Assembly (NCBI GenBank): GCA_973895155.1 | Contig: OZ316899.1 | Coordinates: 124,001-188,000 of the forward strand | Source: Marsupella aquatica | Lineage: Eukaryota > Plantae > Marchantiophyta | Reading direction: 5' to 3' | Length of the DNA: 64,000 nt | Shown: piece after piece, positions 12,701-26,495 of the stretch | How the letters are laid out: each line of letters starts with the position of its first letter | Position numbering within the stretch: position 1 is the first letter of the stretch | Translations under genes and position numbers: made by a program | The notes under the pieces: model-generated | Database searches by the model: none | What the model was told of the DNA's origin: nothing | What the model saw: only the letters and a program-made list of their open reading frames with translations

Positions 12701-15034
12701 GTGCTAAGCCTCATGACTGGCGTCTTGGAGACACCTACTCCAACGTCTAAAGTTTGCCTATCCTAAACCTACCCTAAATAAACCCTAAACTTTAAACCCA
12801 TAATCTTGCGTTCGATCGTCGGATGACTTGCTGTCGGACTCGAACAGATTCCTCTCAGCGGTCCGGATCCCATAATTTCCTTCAGCCTGGCAATAAACCG
12901 GGATGATAGACGGACAGCCGCCAAACTCGACGCCATCGGACGATGGCTAGGAAATGCTACTGCCTTCTGCTTCCGGCTCTTCCCCCATGATGCCGTCACA
13001 GGCTCGGAGGTTACAAACTCCACCTCAGCAGGCTGGGCCATTGATGGTCCCATCGATGTGGGTACGGCCATCTCTTGTAGGTCGAGGACGGTAGTGGTGG
13101 GTGTAGCCATCGCTGGGCGGGATGGGAAATTGGTCCCATATGAAGTCGTCGGGTCCCCCGGGGGCTCGAGTCGTCCGTGTCCGAGCTCACCCTAAATCCT
13201 AAACCTCCGTAACCACACGGCACTGAGGTGCGGATGGAACATAAGTGCACTGTGCTCATAAACCCTAAACCCTCAACGAACCGGTACATTAAGAGGTTGA
13301 GTCCAACCCCAATCCGGTCTTCTATTCCTTTGCTGGAAACAGTCGATCCTGTAGATATTACTGTGAGTTTCAAAGCTGGATCAAACATTGTGTAGTTGAG
13401 GCGACTGAGAAATGCCCTACACTGAGACATACCTCTAGAAGAATCTTACTAGTGTAATGCCCAATGAAGAAATACCTACAGAAGAAGACTTGTGCTCATC
13501 TACTCTAATTCTCCTATTTACTATCTAGGTAAGTTCCCACAAACCTCCAAGTACCACTCCTCAAACTGAATTCGCTTGTGGCCTCCATAGGTACCTCCTC
13601 CTACCTTCAATTGTTACCCCCAGTAGCTCCTTCCCGGTCTCTAGTAACTCTCTAATTCTTGACCCTAAATCCTGGGCACTCATCTCAATCCTCAAATCTC
13701 TCTCTCTCTTGGATTCCAACAGCACTCCGATCTCTCCATACTCAACCCTGGGGTGTCTACTTGACCTGGTATCACTCCTTGGATCCCTGAGCAACACCCA
13801 TAAGCCACAGGCAATGCACACGAATTTTCCCTCGAATCTCAATGCAGGTTCCAATGGAAATGGGCTGCGAATCATGACGATAATGATAATGCGCGCAGAA
13901 ATTTGTTTGGATTATTGTACAAAATTGGATTGATCTTCTTCACGCAAATGATACCAAGTTATTTAAAAGGTCCCAAATCTGATAGCTCCTGTGTTGTACA
14001 ATACGATGAATTGAAAAACGTTTGGCTTCAATTTAACCTGATTGAAAAAAAAACCGAAACTGAAGACAACAATTCTTTCAGGTTGCTTCATATATAGTCC
14101 GGCTGAAGAGAGCCCCAGCTCCTTTTTGATCATTTACTTGGAATCTCCAAAAGACTCACGTCATGCTTTCCATGCTGAACAGGAGTGCAACACTGCAACT
14201 TGTTCTTCTAAGCTTATTATACTGAAGCCATTTCTCTATCTGCAATAAGCTGTTGAGTACTGATAGTTGGGCTGGACTGGGGTAGTTGCCAATCGATTCC
14301 CTGCCACTTTTTGCCAGAATCAACATCAACTGGCCAGGCTGCAACAGACATTTCTCGCATATGGGACACCGATGGCGATGGAACATGCCCAGCTGTGCTG
14401 CTCTACCTTGCAGCATCAGCCTCGGCCCAGCTTAACCCCTAAACGAAAACATGGCAAAATGGATTCCAAAGAATTTTAGAACCCTAAACTCTCTCCACAA
14501 CGCTGAATCACAAATTCGTCGGAACCAAACACAAATTCACGTCCAGGTCGTCTCCTTGGAAGATGGCCTCTTGGTGAATGACATATTTTTGTCTTTCACA
14601 GGATTACAAAATCACAGGGTACTGTCGGGAATCATGAGAGTACTACTAATTAACTTGAGCCACAGTTCCGCCCATCACCACTGCAATTAATTCAGCCTAA
14701 TCCAATTCAGAACTCGTCAACAAAAACTACTACTTCTTCTATGTCTTCTGCACCTGCTGTTGTTGTACCGTGATCCAAGCAGGATCTGGGCAGCCACTGG
14801 GTCCTCCCAAAGCCTCTCACCGTGATCCAATCCACCCTCCACTTTCAACCCTCGCTAGGTAAAAGGATCAACAAAACAATGCCAATACCCGATTCAAGGT
14901 CAGACCTTTTGTCACACATGCAAACACCAGAAAACCCAGCTGAACTGGAAAAAATGAGGAAATGGCACCGGTCAAAATTCTCACAGAGCACTGGATTTGG
15001 CCTCCGATGGAGACCACCACATGGGTTACAGCCG

Positions 15035-15088
15035 CCTGCCCTGCCCGGCCCTGCCCTGCCCTGCCCCGCCCCGCCCCGCCCCACCCCG
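15035..15088. repeat. GC-rich pentamer run (CCCTG/CCCCG)n; G-quadruplex potential on the minus strand
   Basis: cctgccctgcccggccctgccctgccctgccccgccccgccccgccccaccccg. Confidence 0.8.
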
Positions 15089-15949
15089 CTCTTGTTGCTT
15101 GGATCATTTTCTTGCTACTGCTGTATACTAAACATGAGCTCCAATAGGCACACTCCGCCAGTTTCCATCCATGCAGCTAAGAGCTGAAAAGAGAGAACGG
15201 GCATTCGAGTAGATCCACATTCAAGCTTATCGAAGGAGGAGTGCAAGGAGCAAAGAGAGGCTCCGATTTTAGATGACAGGGCTCCCGGACAGGCTAAAAT
15301 TTCAGACTACAGAGAACCAATTGAATCTATCGAAGCTCCTAGTGAATCAATTGAATTTCCTCCTGTCCACATTGACAAATAACGAAAATAAGTGCCTCAC
15401 TTCATTGCAATGTCCCACTAAATTTGACAGCACAACCGCATCAGCAAGAGGTGGAGAGTAGATTGGCAGGGCTGAATCAAGAATGAACCCCAAACTTAAA
15501 TAGCTAAGTTCAGTTCGAGCAGTTAGATCTATGGAAAAGAGATCTTTGTAGTACTACGTGTGTCTCTGGTGGACGCGATTGAAAACATTGTTGTATGAAT
15601 TGGAAAGCTCATCACCATGGCCACAGACTCGGTTTCAAGTCGTTTGTATTGATTTTCAAACTCTTTCCCAGCTCACGCATTTTGGAATGCATTTACTTAA
15701 GCCCGTTGTGTTTTCAAAACACTCACCCTGCCCCCAATCCTTGGAACACACCCTCGCTCCCAAGTTCAACAAGCCCCCATAATGACGGTCTCGAGGGTTA
15801 ACTCTACACCCTAGGTCGTGAACCCGCTTCATCATTACTTAAGACTAGCACCGACTACCCATTCTTTAAACGTCAGTACCTGAGGAGAGTACAATAAAAT
15901 GTAAACAAAATGTATTCCATATTCCAACTCTTGAAATGTCTCATTTATA

Positions 15950-16022
15950 AAAGCGCCAACTACAACCTACAGTTGGGGTCTTAGAAGCCTAGGCCCCAAC
16001 TCGTCCTTGTAGTTGGCGCTTT
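15950..16022. repeat. 73-bp hairpin / mini inverted-repeat element
   Basis: Perfect 16-bp outer IR AAAGCGCCAACTACAA / TTGTAGTTGGCGCTTT plus inner 8-bp IR AGTTGGGG / CCCCAACT. Confidence 0.8.
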
Positions 16023-17259
16023 ATGAGTAAGATAGCAAATCGTGTCACGATGGGCGAGAGAACATACAACTATTCACATCAAGCATGAAATGCTCGTCCC
16101 GTATCGAAGCTAGCTGTCGACGCCGTGATTTTGGTTGTTGCATGATCATACGTCGACTATCGCGTCACTATAAACAAAAAAAACGTTCAACAAGAAATAT
16201 GTGAGTCACTGTAATCGGAGAGAGCCAAGCGCTAAGCACTACTGGACTCCAAGCAAAGCCTCTTGCATACAACTAATCAATTGTGCCGAAGCAATAGAGT
16301 ACCGTCCATGAATAGTAGTCGCGCAGTGTTGTTTGCACTCAGGGCTTTAGGTAGTTCTTTCGCCCTGACAAAGATTCACCGCAGCACCATACACCTGCAA
16401 AGGATTCCGCGATCGATCAATCTCATGAGCAGTCCACTCACAAAACTCCACATAAAGTAATGCTAAGCTTTATGAATCATCTCTCAACGGTCTCCTCAGT
16501 AGGAGTGGATCGGGGAGTCGTCAGAGGGAGAGGCGAAAATCTGTAGTAGAGGTTGCTACCTCGAACCTGGACCAGGGCTACCCAGAGCGACCTGCGGGGA
16601 GGAATTCAAAACCTTTGCCGAGAATAATTTGATTTGACTTACACTCATCCTGCCACATGCAAGCAGTAAAGTAGATTGAGTCGAGTGAAAATAATACGTC
16701 AGTTTGTTGACATGTCTCACCAGGAAATGAAAAGCAAAGTGGGCTCCAATCAAAAGGCCGCTCCTCTGTAAGCTTGCGTTTGCTGCTGGGGCGATTGTTG
16801 AGGATGCAAGCTGGGATGATTGTCGAGGACAATGATCTGCAAAACAATGATCAAACAGCAAAGCAAAAATGAAATGGCATTTGAGCGATCATTACTGAGC
16901 TGGAACTTCCCTTGCATTCACAGGACGTAGCTACTGTGCTTTCCCACGCACCGCCATCGCAATATCCATCGGCTCCCTTGTGCACCTACCCTCGCATTCC
17001 CGTTTGACACTGCCAGATCTGCCACGCCGCCCGCTTTGAGATTTATGCTACTTTTGACCTAGTTCGCGCTCCCCTGCATCGTGTTACTCCTCACCCTCAC
17101 TTTCCGTCAGCACCCGCAATTTTTTGACCCTAGAGTTATGGTCTAGAGCCTTCACTCTAGACCGTACGCGTGAACAATAGCTTCTAGTCTACATTTATTT
17201 TCTCCTCGCCGCTATTCATGTTCAAAAGGACAAGTACAGTAGTCCCGGCTAGTATTATA

Positions 17260-17300
17260 CCAGGCCCGTGACCGAGCGGGTCAGTCACAAAGGCTGAACT
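17260..17300 (-). mobile_element. Helitron-like 3' terminus (copy 2)
   Basis: ACCAGGCCCGTGACCGAGCGGGTCAGTCACAAAGGCTGAAC, near-identical to 1447-1488; hairpin GTGAC...GTCAC followed by CTGG|T on the minus strand. Confidence 0.55.
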
Positions 17301-18595
17301 AAATTACACGACTACTAGAGTGTACTCTGTAGTTGTTTCCAGAAAACCCTAAACTCTATGGATGAAAACCCATCTTTGCAACATGTCCAATGTCATTTTC
17401 CAGTTATTGATGAAAAACCAAGAGTTACCTGGAATTGAGTTGACAAGAGTGGTGCCATCATGGAAGAAGAATACCTTTGTCTCGGAGGACTGACTGCTTA
17501 CTTGCATTGAGTCACTCTGTAGCAAACGTATTCGTGGTCCACTATGCTTTTGGGCCAAATTGGGTAATATGAGAGTGACGTTGGGGTGACCTCACCCTTG
17601 GACAAAGCAAAACTTTTCACACCAGGCACTTTGTCTCTTTAGTACTATGAGACCACTAAGGAAGCACTGAAAAATTCTCTTCGATCATGACCATGTAAAC
17701 AATTAGCAAATAAGTATGCCAAAGGGGATGCCCTCATGGATCAGAAAATTCCAAGTCAACATTGAGACACCTCAAATTCTTGGTCTTAACCTAAATCCAG
17801 CCACTCCCATTGGTGATATAAGTCAATAAAAAGCACACCTGACCCAAATCTTATATAATCTTGGCCTTAATTACCTTAGTTATAGTCACACTTAATTTTG
17901 TAACTACTAATTAAAACACACCTAACTCAAATCTTATACAAAAGCTGACCTGCTTAGAAATTTTTTTCACACATTGTTTTGTTCTAAACCCTAAACTCTA
18001 AACAATACCCCGACCCTAACCCGCCTGCCACAGAAGAGATATTAATAGGGACTTGAAATATATATTATGTTGATAATGAAAACGAAATGTGCCCATCCCT
18101 ATTATATATACTGGTTCTACCCTGGATCTAAACACTCACCAAAGCCCGGCGTGCCAATGAAGCAAAAACTTCGCCGCTTGAAGTAAATTGATCAATTAGA
18201 GCAGGCGACCTTCAGGCTCACGCTTCTACCTACCGTATAGCTCGAATGGGTGGGGTTGGCACATCCCCGTGTAGAAGTAGGGTAGTTATTAGTACCAGTG
18301 CCAGTGCCGCTCTAACGACGAACACTGAGCTCGAAGGGTGTGGTGGCCGCATCACCGTGTAGTACTAGGGTACTTAATTCTTAGTACAAGCGTCACTCAA
18401 CAAGAAACACTCAGTCGCATATTCTGCTCGGGGCATCTCTCTCATACTCAGGTAGTTCAATGCTTTCATCAGGCGACGCATATGAAACACTGTTCATTTG
18501 CACATTTCACTTTTCGGGCTATCGGCGGGCGAGGCGAGGCATGGTTTTTAGGGTTCAACCATCCTTTGGTGTCATTCTTTATTCGTGCTATAACG

Positions 18596-20845
18596 ATGGT
18601 GAATCAGGCAAGACATTATTGGGGCTGTGTTCTCGAGTACGGGGGTCTACTCATAGCAACATACGAAGAGCAACAGCCAGAGCGAGCGGATGAAGAGAGA
18701 CAACTCATACAAAAGTTGTGGGAGCTCCTTGAGGTTGCATTCGTCGGCGGGGAATGCATTTATGTGGATCTTTTATGGTCACCATCGGTTGATGAACTCA
18801 ACCGCATTTGGTTCGAGGAGGATCAGTTGTTGTCGGTAAGGCGAGCGATTGATAGGTGTCCAGACGACAGGTGGGTACTACCAGGCTGGACGTTGAAGTG
18901 GACGCCAGAGGCTGTGCTAGGTGAAGGCTCACGGCGAGGAAGCAAGGGGAAACAAGCTCTGCTGGCAGCAAATGCACGCGGGAAGAAACATGGAGAGGCA
19001 GTCGTTGCGCCACCGGCAAAAATAAAGAAGAGTGGAGCAGGTTGGGAGTCAGCACGACCGCGATGAAACGGGACACCGACAGTGCCACCAACGAGTCTAG
19101 GTCGGAATAGTGAGACTGGGGAAGAACCGGGAGGAATTGATGATGCGGTCACCACATCGACGCCAAAGGATTGGAATTGGAAGGGTTGGGTTGACACGGT
19201 AGCAAAGGAACTTCGACTCAAATTTATTCGGGATGACGACGATGTATTCTGAGTCGTAGTTTCGGGCAGGTATCCCAAATTCCTACACGGGTCGGGGCTG
19301 GAGAATTTTGTCTGGTTACCCTGGACTGCCCAAGATATAACCCACAGAGAGATGATGACGTTCGTAGCTAATTGGGATCCTGAGCGCAAGCTCACGCATA
19401 TATTTGGTCGAGAATTCCAATTTTTAGAGAAGGTGGTATCCGAAGTGTTCGGGCTAGCCTTGGGACAGCCGGTTAAAATCGGCAGGACGGTTCACGATAA
19501 GGACACCAAGTGCAGGGACTTTGAGGGACCACCCAACGTAAACGGATTCTTGCGCTGTGAATGTATCAATATTCAGACTCGCGACATCCTGGATTTCCTT
19601 CGAGTTACGATGTGGTTTACTCCAAGACGGCCTGAGTTCGGGAAGAATGAGGTGGCATTGGTACATCAGCTCAGCACAGGGGTGGACTACTGTGGTTTTC
19701 TTTTCAAGAGATTGTTGGAGGCGTTGAATACCAATCATAGAATGATGTCGGTTGGGGGTGTTTCCCGGCTGGCCTATCATTTGCCATTGATCATAAAACA
19801 TGCTCGATCTCAACTACATCAGCCAGCAGAGATTCCCACTCAAATCGGACTAGGGAAGGGACAAGAAGATGCAGAAGGCCGGGACCCAGCACTTATCATG
19901 TGGAGTAAGAAACCACTGCCGCTGGCGCTAAGGCAGACAGCAGAGGTCGACACCTCAAAGTCCCAAACAGAACTAGGAGATGACATGGGAGTTCCTGTGC
20001 AGAACGCCGAGGACGATGAGGTTGAGCAATTGTTTTCCCGACGATTCACCTCGGGGTTAGCTCTACCGGCTAGAAGTACGATATCGGAATCCTGTGCTGA
20101 CAACAACGGCGGAGACGAGTCTGAAAATAACCCGGCCGTAGGACCACCCGCAAGAATCTCGATTGGACACGAGACGGTTCCGACTGTGAAATATCAACCC
20201 AGTGCTGAATCACCAAAGGGAGCCCAAACAATTGAGAAGGTTGCACCCCTTTTACAGGAGGAGTTGCGGAAGCTCGTGCAGGAAATTCGGCGGGAGGAGG
20301 AGGAGGCGTCCAAAGCTAAGAAATCGCTTGAGTCGGTTTGTATACAATTGAGTAAGGTGTCGCAGGAGACAGCCATACTCAAAACTCGGTATAGAGCCAA
20401 ACTGGCAGCCGAGAAAGCAAAGACCGCTGAGGCCAACACAAATTTGGTGAAATTACGACATACCAAGCACCAGCAAGTATCTAATTTGGAACTCAAGTTG
20501 GCCAGAGCAGTTCAGGACCTGGCCAAGGAAAGGGACAACTCGATCCACAACTTGGGCTTAGCCGCAAAAGAATTGGAGGCCGACAAAAACAAGTCAGAAG
20601 CCAAACTTGGGGAGATGCAAGCTAAGTTAGAGACAGAGGTCGCAAGTCTTCGATCGGAGAACCAGGCACTCCAACATCAATTGCAAAAGGCTAATGAGGA
20701 GTTGATGTCATGAACTGCAGAGAGACAGGCTTTAGGGTTGGAATGCGAAGATCTCCTCGACCGGAATCAGCTTCTGAAAACGCAAGCACAAAATCAGCTA
20801 AACTAGCTGAAGCAACTAATGGGTTTAGGGTTTACGGAAGCCTGA
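18596..20845 (+). pseudogene. Disabled retroelement accessory protein; ORF1-like and ORF2-like modules in one frame, C-terminal coiled coil
   Basis: Track ORFs 18338-19066 and 19352-20713 are in the same frame. Reading through stops at 19064 (TGA), 19250 (TGA), 20711 (TGA) and 20804 (TAG) gives a continuous ~750-codon ORF. ARHYWGCVLEYGGLLIATYEEQQPERADEER aligns with Gypsy ORF1; FLHGSGLENFVWLPW...MMTFVANWD...VFGL aligns with Gypsy ORF2. Confidence 0.75.
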
Positions 20846-23789
20846 CTAGGAGATAAATCGGGGCCCAGGGTCGCCAGAATTCCCAGGAGGGGAGTTTCGG
20901 CAGCTGGCATAGAACCGATTGCTTGTTAGGGTCATGGATCATGCCCTGCCTTTTAACCGAATGCCTGGGAGGTTTATGTGGCCTGTTCTATACTTTGTAG
21001 GGGCACATTGTTAAGTTTTCACCAAATCACGTTAGGGAGGGAAGCATATCTCCTAAGGATCTGGTACCTGTATATAAAGCAAGTTGTTCATTCAGGAGTT
21101 GGTATTCGCTTCTATTCCAACACACTGAACATCGAGTAATGCCACACAGATCAGCACAACGTGAAGGGTCAGTTTCATCATTATTATCCATTCACATCTT
21201 TTGCAATGTGTTGTCTTGTAGACAGGCATGGGCGAGCCACTCAAACTGTGGATCGCATAATTTTAGGGATGCGTGGAGGTGTAAAGTGATGGAATTGCCG
21301 AGGCTGTTGGGCACGCAGGCGAGTGTGGATCAGGTGAGTGTGGATCGTGAAAATGGGGAGAAGCCAGCTACAGACGTTCTACATTCAACTTTAGACCCTA
21401 AATCCAACATAGCCCGGGGGGGGGGGTTACCAGACAAGCTTGCAACGTCTCTCTGGTGGGTTTCCAATGTTCAAGAGCTGGTGGCCTTCCATCCATGTTT
21501 TGGCTGGCCCTGAGGCTGCCTTTCAGCAGTTCATGGACAAAGTCATCATGGGGAACCCTAAACCCCGTCGTCATGTCAGTGGCATCAAGCCACTCGCCTC
21601 GAGATGATGCCTCGTCATAGATACGCGTTTCCCCAAGCTGGTGCCACAATGTGTGGTTCACAGGCTTGCCCTGCCTTTTTATGATAGTTCAGGGTCGATT
21701 GCAGAATTGAATGTTTTTCAGCCCGAGAACGTGTGCTCTACAAAGCGCCCATAAGTTATATTGTCCATAGGGTTCCGGATGATTCCGAAAACTTACGTTT
21801 TGAAGGCCACGATTGTTAAGTACAGAAGGGCGATACTCCTTGTTTTTGTGATGACGGCACTTCCCCTGTGATAACCCTGAACTTCCCCTGTTTTGTTGAA
21901 GATCATATTTTGTAAGGGTCACGCATCTCCACAAATTGGGTTCCGAATTTTGAAATTCTGAATTGATACATGAGTATCTGGTGTACACCGTGCCTTTGTT
22001 TAAGGAGGATGGTACTACTCCTTCATTTGTTATGACAAGACAGAGCAAATTGAATATGCAATGGCCCAAAGCATGATGCACCCTCAACCCTGAATATGAA
22101 CAATTTCCACGGATGCCTCCTGTGGATACGTACACGCGGCAGCGGCAGTACCAGGCAATGCTAGGAGCACTTAAATATGGATTTGGTGAAATCCGGTCCC
22201 CTCCCCCTTAGATATTCCACGGAACATCGAAGTGCACTCGAGCGGGTATTTTGGACCTTTCATTTCACGGTCCTCCATCCAAACAAATGCACATCCATTC
22301 ACTTAGTTTTCATGCTTACTCCGACCGATGATGCATACGGCCAATGTGTGCTAGACCGCAAATCTGCTTTCAGGTTACTTATTCAAATTAGGCGGAGGGA
22401 CCTGTATCTGCATCTGACACACTTTTAGTTTTGTTGTATGGCCACAAGAAACCCAGCCCGGGGCTAACAAGTCACTTCAAAACCGGAGCATCATATAGCA
22501 TCATATAGCACATACACATCCATTTAATTTCACTTTAACAGGGAGCAATGTCTATTTACGATGTCTTGTCCACTACCAATATGCAACGTTTTATTCAGCT
22601 TATGGATGTACATGCTATTTAATATACTATTCGCTACATATATAGGATTCAGCGAAGGGCATGGTATGAGTAGAAAACGGCGGGACCGTAGGAGATGAGG
22701 ATCAAAAGGGGAACACAAGCTATGATCAACGGCTGACATGATAGTCGCCAAATACGCAAAGACAGGGAGGAGCCTCAATGTAACGGCGTCACACTTCCCC
22801 AAACTACTGTACATTTGACCCAAAAGGTTCCAATACCCCCTGCGGACTAAAAGCGAGAACGGAAGTGAACAAATTTGACAGACCACTGGATGGTTCCCCG
22901 CCGGGGCTTCTTCACTGGCCGGTCTTACGGAGTGTGGTGCTCCGTCTACAGTGGTTGAACGTCTTGTTTACCTGCCACCCTCTGGGGGCCTTTCGTCTGC
23001 CATGGTGCCGGCTTCCCCAGTTTTTAGCACGTCGTCCTCCAGTTCCCTTTGGGTGTTGTTCCCCTTTCGTGGGCCACCCTGTTGTACTGTGTCACTTCCA
23101 ATGGAATTAAATTTGATGTGTCAAGGCAAAAACATTGACAGACCTCGCGACGATCGTGTGAAAGAACGCGCAGGGAGCTGCCATGACGATTAGTCATGTG
23201 CTGGTGTTGGTTGCAAGTGGATGCGTGTTGAAGTGTCGGCACAGCTGTCTCGCTTGTTGTCCGTTGGCTGCAGAATCAGGCCGGCGAAAGTCCGGATGGA
23301 GGATTTGAACACCAACATACTTCCACGCTATGAAACCTTCATCGATCTGATTTGATTTTCACCGGTTTTGATTTTTCACCTGGCATTGAACATGTCCGAT
23401 CTTCGCAGGGTCACTATCGGTGTTGACACACAGCATAAGAAAGTCCGTGAGAGCACTGTCCATCGGAGAGATAGAAACATAGATTTGGATCAGCGGCAGC
23501 AACGCTGCGAGTTTAGCCAGTCGATTTCATTGTAAGCATGGCATGACGCCCACCTTAATTTTGTCGTTAGCAGCAAAGGCATCATTGAGCGACCAAAAGC
23601 CTACGAATGGGGATGGCTCAGCCGCCGTTCGGATCCTAACCGGATCTTTAGGAGTTAACAAGTGTATGTTTGGCCGTGGGAATCATTCTGACCAAAGGAC
23701 ATGGGGATGCGACGCAGTTTCACGCTGAGAGCAGGCCGTCCGAACATGGAAGCTCGCGCCACTTTGAAACTGGCAGAACGACGAAGGAA

Positions 23790-25200
23790 GCAATGGGAGA
23801 AAGTTTCTCGGGCCTGGGGGCTCATCGCGCCACTTTAGAGTTTCCAAACTCCCTCACTCCAAATAGCTCTCGAAATCACAGCAACGGACATAACGCTTCA
23901 CGATAACTGAACCATCCGGAAGCAACAATCCATTTGGAGTCATGGCATCATCAAGCCCGCTGCGAGCCGAGGTCCCGCCGGCCAGGAACAAGAAGGGGGT
24001 CCTAACCGCAGAGGAGAACCTACGCAACTCCAATGCCAAGGTTCAGCAGATTGAGGAGAGTCGGCGACTCCTCGACATGACCAAAGTACGTCTACGGCCT
24101 GATCCGAATGGATTGTTGCCTATCAATCGGGATGGCTAGCGGCGTGTGTTCCAAGGTTTCTAAGGTGACGATATCACCTGAGTCGTTATTCGTAACTTAC
24201 GGAGGAAAGACCTACAACATCTCCAAAGCACGGTTGTGCGATATGTTTGGATTACCAGTTGTAGGGAGGCTGCCACTTGCGTATAAGGTAAAAGCACTGG
24301 ATACAGGAGAAACCGCCGCATTTATACAACGGGCGGAGGTTCCGATAAATCGGAGCAAGATTCAATATGGCTCTGTAAACAGCAAGGAGCGCCGGAACTA
24401 CGTCGAGTTCTTCACCAAATGGGTGTTGATTTTTCATCACACTAGCCCCACACAACTCGCATTGCCCAAGGCAGTGCCGGAGGGAGTCTACCACCACGTC
24501 CAGGTATGGAAGGCTTGCCTATCCGAGACCATCCATGCGAAGGGATGCCCGAGGTTCCCTTCTTTAGTGGCATATGAAGTAAGTGTAATCCTGCATAATA
24601 GCTTAGGATTAAAAGATCCTACCTGCGGGCGACACGCCAACAAATTAACAAATCGGACGAGGAAACTCCCGTTTCAGCTCGCGCGACCAAGGGACGTCGA
24701 AGCAGCAAACCACCACAACAATGACATAAATGTCAAACGTAGATGACGACGGATCCGATGATATAGCTGAAGAAGATGAAGAGGATACTAATCTCAGCGG
24801 AGTTCTTCAAGAATGAGAACCCAATAATAAGGTGGGTTAGTTCTTCGGCACCAACCAAGGCGTACCTCTTGGTGTTTGCTCCCACCCACGTTGATGAGGA
24901 GACGGAGTACGAAGAGGAATCCAGGGGAGGAGTATTGCCAAGAAGATATAGTGGCCGGAGAAACACCGGGGGAAATGAACGAGAGGCGTCTCCATCGGCG
25001 CAATGCCTGGAGATCGAAGGCAGAGGCGAGCACAACGGCGTAGGTCGCACAAAATGAAGTCGACGAGGCCGGTTTTCACTCAGCATTTGGAGCCCATTTT
25101 GGGATACCGTTAGACCCGCCCGCAGAAGGTACAACTGACTGAGACCGTAGAAGAAGAAGATTGATCCCGCACATTGCTCCACTTAGCTGATCATTCAAGG
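23790..25200 (+). pseudogene. Degenerate third copy of the accessory-ORF family
   Basis: 24108-24746 contains LFVTYGGKTYNISKARLCDMFGLPVVG, matching the family 'V.G..I.LS...L..MFGLP.G' motif. It is broken by frameshifts and stops, has an acidic/low-complexity tail (24776-25057), and a weak ORF1-like remnant (QWEKVSRAWGLIA) near 23790. Confidence 0.5.
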
Positions 25201-26310
25201 TTGTGAGGTTTCATTGTACTTGATGCATTTCGGAATGCATTATTTTTGCTCAAATCCTCGTGCGACTAAACAACAGGGACATAAAGCAATTCCCAATTAC
25301 GAACCCCTCGACTCCACGCGCGACACATTCAATCACATCTTCCTGGCCTTTCTCCAGACGGCATGTCTGAGTGCCATTTTGACAGCTGCTCCGACAGAGG
25401 TTGACAAAGTTCGCATAGTCTATTTGGAGGATCTGGGTACCTAGGTAGCTTCTTGAGATCGCATGCCATTTCCCAATGGCCACTTACAGACGACGTCTGT
25501 GGACTCGGATTGCAGAGATTGTTGTAGTAGTTCTGAGGAGGGTAATCGTCCTCAGATCGAGGCTGCTGATGGTATTTGTCTGAGCGTACGTGGCTATCAG
25601 TATCATTCTTTACGTGGTGAGCATCACCCCTAAACCCTAAAAGGAACGGATGACAGCCACAGCTTCTTCAGTGTTGTCGACTTGCTTGCACTGGTTACTG
25701 CAGCCTCCAATATTCAATCGTCAAACTGTAGGCGTTCTAGCAGGTTAATTAGTTCAATTGGCAGTGTTGCCATGTGTGTTCGGAAATGTGACCGGTATTT
25801 TCATTCCATCGGAGAAAATAACGATGTGCGTTAAACAGTTTTATGAACACGTACCCCTACCTAAACCCGGCGATGCAAGGGATCTTTTGTCGAGGTGAAC
25901 TGGCCAACATTTGTCCATGTCGCTCCTAAGCATGTTTTTTCTTTTCAATACATATAGATTTCTATATTATTATGTCCGCGACACCCTACAGCTCACCTCA
26001 ATCTTCTTCATCGACGCATATATTCCATTGTTTTCATCCGGCAATGATTTGTGCCGTCACCGATTTGGTTTCTTGTTTACCGTTTAAGGGCGATGCTTTT
26101 TTATTAGGTTGGAATGCTATCCATGCACAGCACACCGCCAGAATGATTTAAATCCAACTCGTGACCTTCATAACAGGTTGGAGTTTGGCGGCGACCAATT
26201 TCCATAGTCTCTTGCTGATAAGGGTTGGTCGACTCATTAACAGGCTTGCCCCTTATCATCGCGGAGAGAACAGTGTACGTGGGGGAGCGATTGCTATATT
26301 TGTGTTATCG

Positions 26311-26495
26311 ATCAGGGCATGGACTATGGCCGGAATATATTGCACATATATGTTCCTGGATTCAATTCAATCAGGGCAGCCATGGACTATGGCTAAACTA
26401 CATTACACGTATATGTTCCTGGATTGAAATCAATCAGGGCATGGACTATGGCAGGATGGACTACATATATTACACATACATGTTCCTCGATTCAA
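26311..26495. repeat. Tandem repeat, 3 x ~60 bp
   Basis: ATCAGGGCATGGACTATGGC...TATGTTCCTGGATT unit repeated three times with drift. Confidence 0.85.

Noticed and set aside
12769-13875. Cluster of minus-strand ORFs with GLGFRV-type peptides
   Set aside because: GLGFRV peptides are translations of GGGTTTAGGGTT telomere-like motifs; no family could be assigned.
18068-21122. Alternative copia-type solo LTR TGTTG...CAACA around the 18.6-kb cassette
   Set aside because: Flanks TATTA / CACTG are not a TSD; 5-bp termini arise easily by chance.
21750-22428. Broken plus-strand reading frame (ELIHEYLVYTVPLF...ALERVFWTFHF)
   Set aside because: Needs several frameshifts and stops, and no homology was recognised.
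26311-26495. Repeat array superficially like CRISPR (also 52480-53120)
   Set aside because: Whole units are repeated with no unique spacers, there are no cas genes, and the context is eukaryotic.
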